A DNA stretch of 64,000 bases. Source: Candidatus Ferrigenium bremense. Its GTDB lineage: Bacteria > Pseudomonadota > Gammaproteobacteria > Burkholderiales > Gallionellaceae. Location of the stretch: NCBI GenBank assembly GCA_019449635.1, contig JAGRPI010000002.1, forward strand, positions 21,749 to 85,748, in the 5' to 3' direction. Under the pieces are notes generated by a model. It was not told where the DNA came from, did not search any database, and worked only from the letters and a program-made list of their open reading frames with translations. Made by a program: the position numbers and the translations under genes. The first letter of the stretch is position 1, and every line of letters begins with the position of its first letter. This document shows positions 61,265 to 64,000 of this stretch, in pieces.

Positions 61265-62078
61265 GCGCCATAGTTTAGCCTTATTCCTGTTGCTTACGTT
61301 AACCGCTTGCAGCATATTCGACCCGCTGCCGACCGGCTCCGCGCCAGACAAGCAGATGCCCGTCGAGGAAATATACAGCCAGGCCAAGAGCGAATTGAAT
61401 GACGAGAACTACGAATCGGCCATCAAGCTGTATGAAACGCTGCAATCGCGCTACCCATACGGACGCTATGCGCAGCAGGCGCTGCTGGAAATGGCCTATG
61501 CCTATTACCGCCAGGGTGAAGCGGAATCGTCCGTTTCCTCCGCCGACCGCTTCATCAAGCAATACCCCAACAACCCGCATGTGGATTACGCCTATTACGT
61601 AAAAGGCCTGGCCAACTTCCATGGCGAGGTCAGCCTCATCCAGTCGGCAGGGGGGCAAGACCCTACCGAACGCGACCCGAAGGCCGCGCAGGATTCGTTT
61701 GCCGCCTTCAAGGATCTGGTGACGCGCTTCCCCAACAGCAAATATGCGGCCGACTCCAGGGTACGCATGCAATATCTGGTGAACATGCTGGCCAAACATG
61801 AATTGCATGTCGCCGGCTATTACCTGCGCCGCGGCGCATATATCGCCGCAGCCAACCGCGCGCAGGGAATCCTGACGCAATACCCGAACAGCCCCTCGAC
61901 GCGCGATGCGCTGGAGATACTGGCACAAGCCTATGACGCGATGGGCATGACCGATCTGCGCGACGATGCCCGGCGCGTGCTGACAAAAAACAGCGGCGCG
62001 CCTGTTTCCCCCGTCGGCAATGAAATCCCTGCCGACGGAGCCCAGTCTGGAAAATCCTGGTGGCAATTCTGGAAATAA
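61263..62078 (+). CDS. bamD: Outer membrane assembly lipoprotein BamD
   Basis: Lipobox LTAC, TPR repeats (YPYGRYAQQA, YYLRRGAYIAA). Confidence 0.95.
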   Translation: MRHSLALFLLLTLTACSIFDPLPTGSAPDKQMPVEEIYSQAKSELNDENYESAIKLYETLQSRYPYGRYAQQALLEMAYAYYRQGEAESSVSSADRFIKQYPNNPHVDYAYYVKGLANFHGEVSLIQSAGGQDPTERDPKAAQDSFAAFKDLVTRFPNSKYAADSRVRMQYLVNMLAKHELHVAGYYLRRGAYIAAANRAQGILTQYPNSPSTRDALEILAQAYDAMGMTDLRDDARRVLTKNSGAPVSPVGNEIPADGAQSGKSWWQFWK

Positions 62079-62632
62079 ATTTCTGCTCGTCCTGCGGCGC
62101 GGCGGTTGAGTTGCGCCTCCCGGACGACGACAACCGCCTGCGCCACATCTGCACCGCCTGCGGCACCATCCATTATCAAAATCCCAAGATGGTGATCGGC
62201 TCGATACCGGAATGGCAGGACAAAATCCTGCTGTGCCGCCGCGCCATCGAGCCGCGCCACGGATTGTGGACATTGCCCGGCGGCTTTATGGAAAACGATG
62301 AAACCACGACCGAGGCGGCGATCCGCGAGACACTGGAAGAAGCCAACGCGCGCATCGCGATTGGCGATCTGTATTCGATGTACAGCCTGCCCTACATCAA
62401 CCAGGTGCACCTGCTGTTCCGCGCCAGGCTGCTTGATACGGATTTCGCTCCCGGCCAGGAAAGCCTGGAGGTCAGGCTCTTTGCCGAAGCGGAAATCCCA
62501 TGGGATGAAATCGCCTTCCGCCCGGTCAAATTCAGCCTGGAGCATTATTTTGCGGATCGCCGGGGAGGATGCTTTGGCTTCCATATGGGTAAGATAGCTG
62601 CTCCCGCAAGCACCAGAAAGCTGTCCCAATGA
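62060..62632 (+). CDS. NUDIX hydrolase with N-terminal zinc ribbon
   Basis: FCSSCG...CTACG; PGGFMENDETTTEAAIRETLEEA Nudix box. Confidence 0.9.
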   Translation: MAILEINFCSSCGAAVELRLPDDDNRLRHICTACGTIHYQNPKMVIGSIPEWQDKILLCRRAIEPRHGLWTLPGGFMENDETTTEAAIRETLEEANARIAIGDLYSMYSLPYINQVHLLFRARLLDTDFAPGQESLEVRLFAEAEIPWDEIAFRPVKFSLEHYFADRRGGCFGFHMGKIAAPASTRKLSQ

Positions 62633-62764
62633 ATATCACGGGATGCGTTGTACTTCACAGCACAGCCGTTTTTGGTTAGGATGCCGCTTGAGACTCCGCA
62701 ACCCATCCCGACACGCCGCGCATTGCATTACCGATCAACCCTTATTCAAAGCGAGACCTAAACC

Positions 62765-63091
62765 ATGAGCGAACACATTCAATACGTTTCCGATGCCACT
62801 TTCGATGCCGAAGTGTTGCAGTCTCCCCTGCCCGTGCTGGTGGATTACTGGGCTGAATGGTGCGGCCCATGCCGCATGATTGCGCCTATCCTGGACGAAA
62901 TCGCCCAGGAATACGCCGGCCGCCTGAGCGTCGCCAAGCTGAACGTGGATGAAAACCAGCAAACCCCGCAGAAATTCGGCATACGCGGCATCCCGACCCT
63001 GATGCTGTTCAAAAACGGCAACATCGAGGCGACCAAGGTTGGCGCCTTGTCGAAATCCCAATTGGCGGCTTTTATTGACAGCCACATCTAA
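62765..63091 (+). CDS. trxA: Thioredoxin 1
   Basis: WAEWCGPC; upstream of rho. Confidence 0.97.
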   Translation: MSEHIQYVSDATFDAEVLQSPLPVLVDYWAEWCGPCRMIAPILDEIAQEYAGRLSVAKLNVDENQQTPQKFGIRGIPTLMLFKNGNIEATKVGALSKSQLAAFIDSHI

Positions 63092-63255
63092 AGTGTTTAC
63101 TGTCGCACCCGCATCGCCTTCCTGTTTCGTCCGCCAAGTTTCTCTTGGCAACAAAAAACACTAAACGAATACGTTCCAGGCCATGCGGGTGCTATCTTCC
63201 GCCCGATCAAACCCCTTATCTTTTCGTTCTTCTCAATCATCATTCTCGCACCGCT

Positions 63256-64000
63256 ATGCACCTATCCGACATAAAAACCAAACACGTCACCGAACTTGTT
63301 GAAATGGCTGCGGCCAACCAGATCGAAAACGCCAACCGAATGCGCAAACAGGACCTGATTTTCGCCCTGCTGAAAAGCGAAGCGAAAAAAGGCGAGAGCA
63401 TCTTTGGCGATGGCACGCTGGAAATCTTGCCGGACGGCTTCGGCTTCCTGCGCTCACCAGACACCTCATATTTGGCGGGCCCGGATGATATCTATGTCAG
63501 CCCGAGCCAGATCCGCCGTTTCAACCTGCACACCGGCGACTCGATCGATGGCGAGATACGCACCCCCAAAGACGGCGAGCGTTATGTCGCGCTGGTAAAA
63601 GTGGACAAGGTGAACGGCGAGCCACCCGAAAATGCCAAGAACAAGATCCTGTTTGAAAACCTGACCCCTTTATTCCCGACCGAGCCGCTGATACTGGAGC
63701 GCGATATACGCGCCGAAGAAAACATCACCGGGCGCATCATCGACATCGTCGCGCCAATCGGCAAGGGACAACGCGGCCTGCTGGTGGCCTCGCCGAAATC
63801 CGGCAAGACCGTGATGCTGCAACATATCGCGCATTCCATCTCCTCGAACAATCCCGATGCCGTCCTGATCGTGCTGCTGATCGATGAGCGTCCCGAAGAA
63901 GTGACCGAGATGACGCGTACCGTACGCGGTGAAGTGGTTGCCTCCACCTTCGACGAGCCGGCCAGCCGCCACGTGCAGGTTGCAGAAATGGTACTGGAAA
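63256..64000 (+). CDS. rho: Transcription termination factor Rho (runs off the window)
   Basis: [45 protein letters not shown]. Confidence 0.97.
   Translation, partial: MHLSDIKTKHVTELVEMAAANQIENANRMRKQDLIFALLKSEAKKGESIFGDGTLEILPDGFGFLRSPDTSYLAGPDDIYVSPSQIRRFNLHTGDSIDGEIRTPKDGERYVALVKVDKVNGEPPENAKNKILFENLTPLFPTEPLILERDIRAEENITGRIIDIVAPIGKGQRGLLVASPKSGKTVMLQHIAHSISSNNPDAVLIVLLIDERPEEVTEMTRTVRGEVVASTFDEPASRHVQVAEMVLE

Overview
A 64-kb GC-rich betaproteobacterial chromosome segment (gene content suggests Gallionellaceae; inference). The backbone is housekeeping: a glycogen and oxidative pentose-phosphate cluster (glgP x2, gnd, zwf, glk, pgl, glgA, pgi, glgB, glgC, GH57, malQ), recQ, a TonB receptor/binding protein/hybrid kinase trio, tRNA-His/Arg/Pro, pgsA, uvrC, udg, rlmJ, csp, clpB, nadC, trxC, pgeF-rluD-bamD, trxA and rho (runs off the end). 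Two accessory regions stand out. (1) <1-7961: the right part of a plasmid-like integrative element ending in a tRNA-Leu(TAA) 3' att fragment. It carries an integrase, an Xis-like HTH and an AEP-primase-type Rep with a candidate antisense copy-control RNA. It also has a separately transcribed, ORF-less ~1.3-kb RNA with group II intron domains in circularly permuted order (DV-DVI, 3' splice site, 23-nt hairpin exon, GUGCG 5' splice site, DI...). (2) 32758-41609: an 8,852-bp Mu-like transposable element with both ends and a 5-bp target duplication (GAAGC). It encodes repressor, Ner, MuA, MuB, GemA, Mor and a shortened I-protease, but no capsid, portal, terminase, tail or lysis genes. It also holds a C4-type antisense module and an opposite-strand structured region bracketed by two tRNA-like folds, so it is a candidate transposable phage satellite. 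Smaller traces: a duplicated recQ 3' end flanking an HTH-adenylate cyclase gene, three tandem variants of the uvrC 3' end, and short and long members of one REP/MITE-like family. All structure calls were made by eye; no folding or database search was run.
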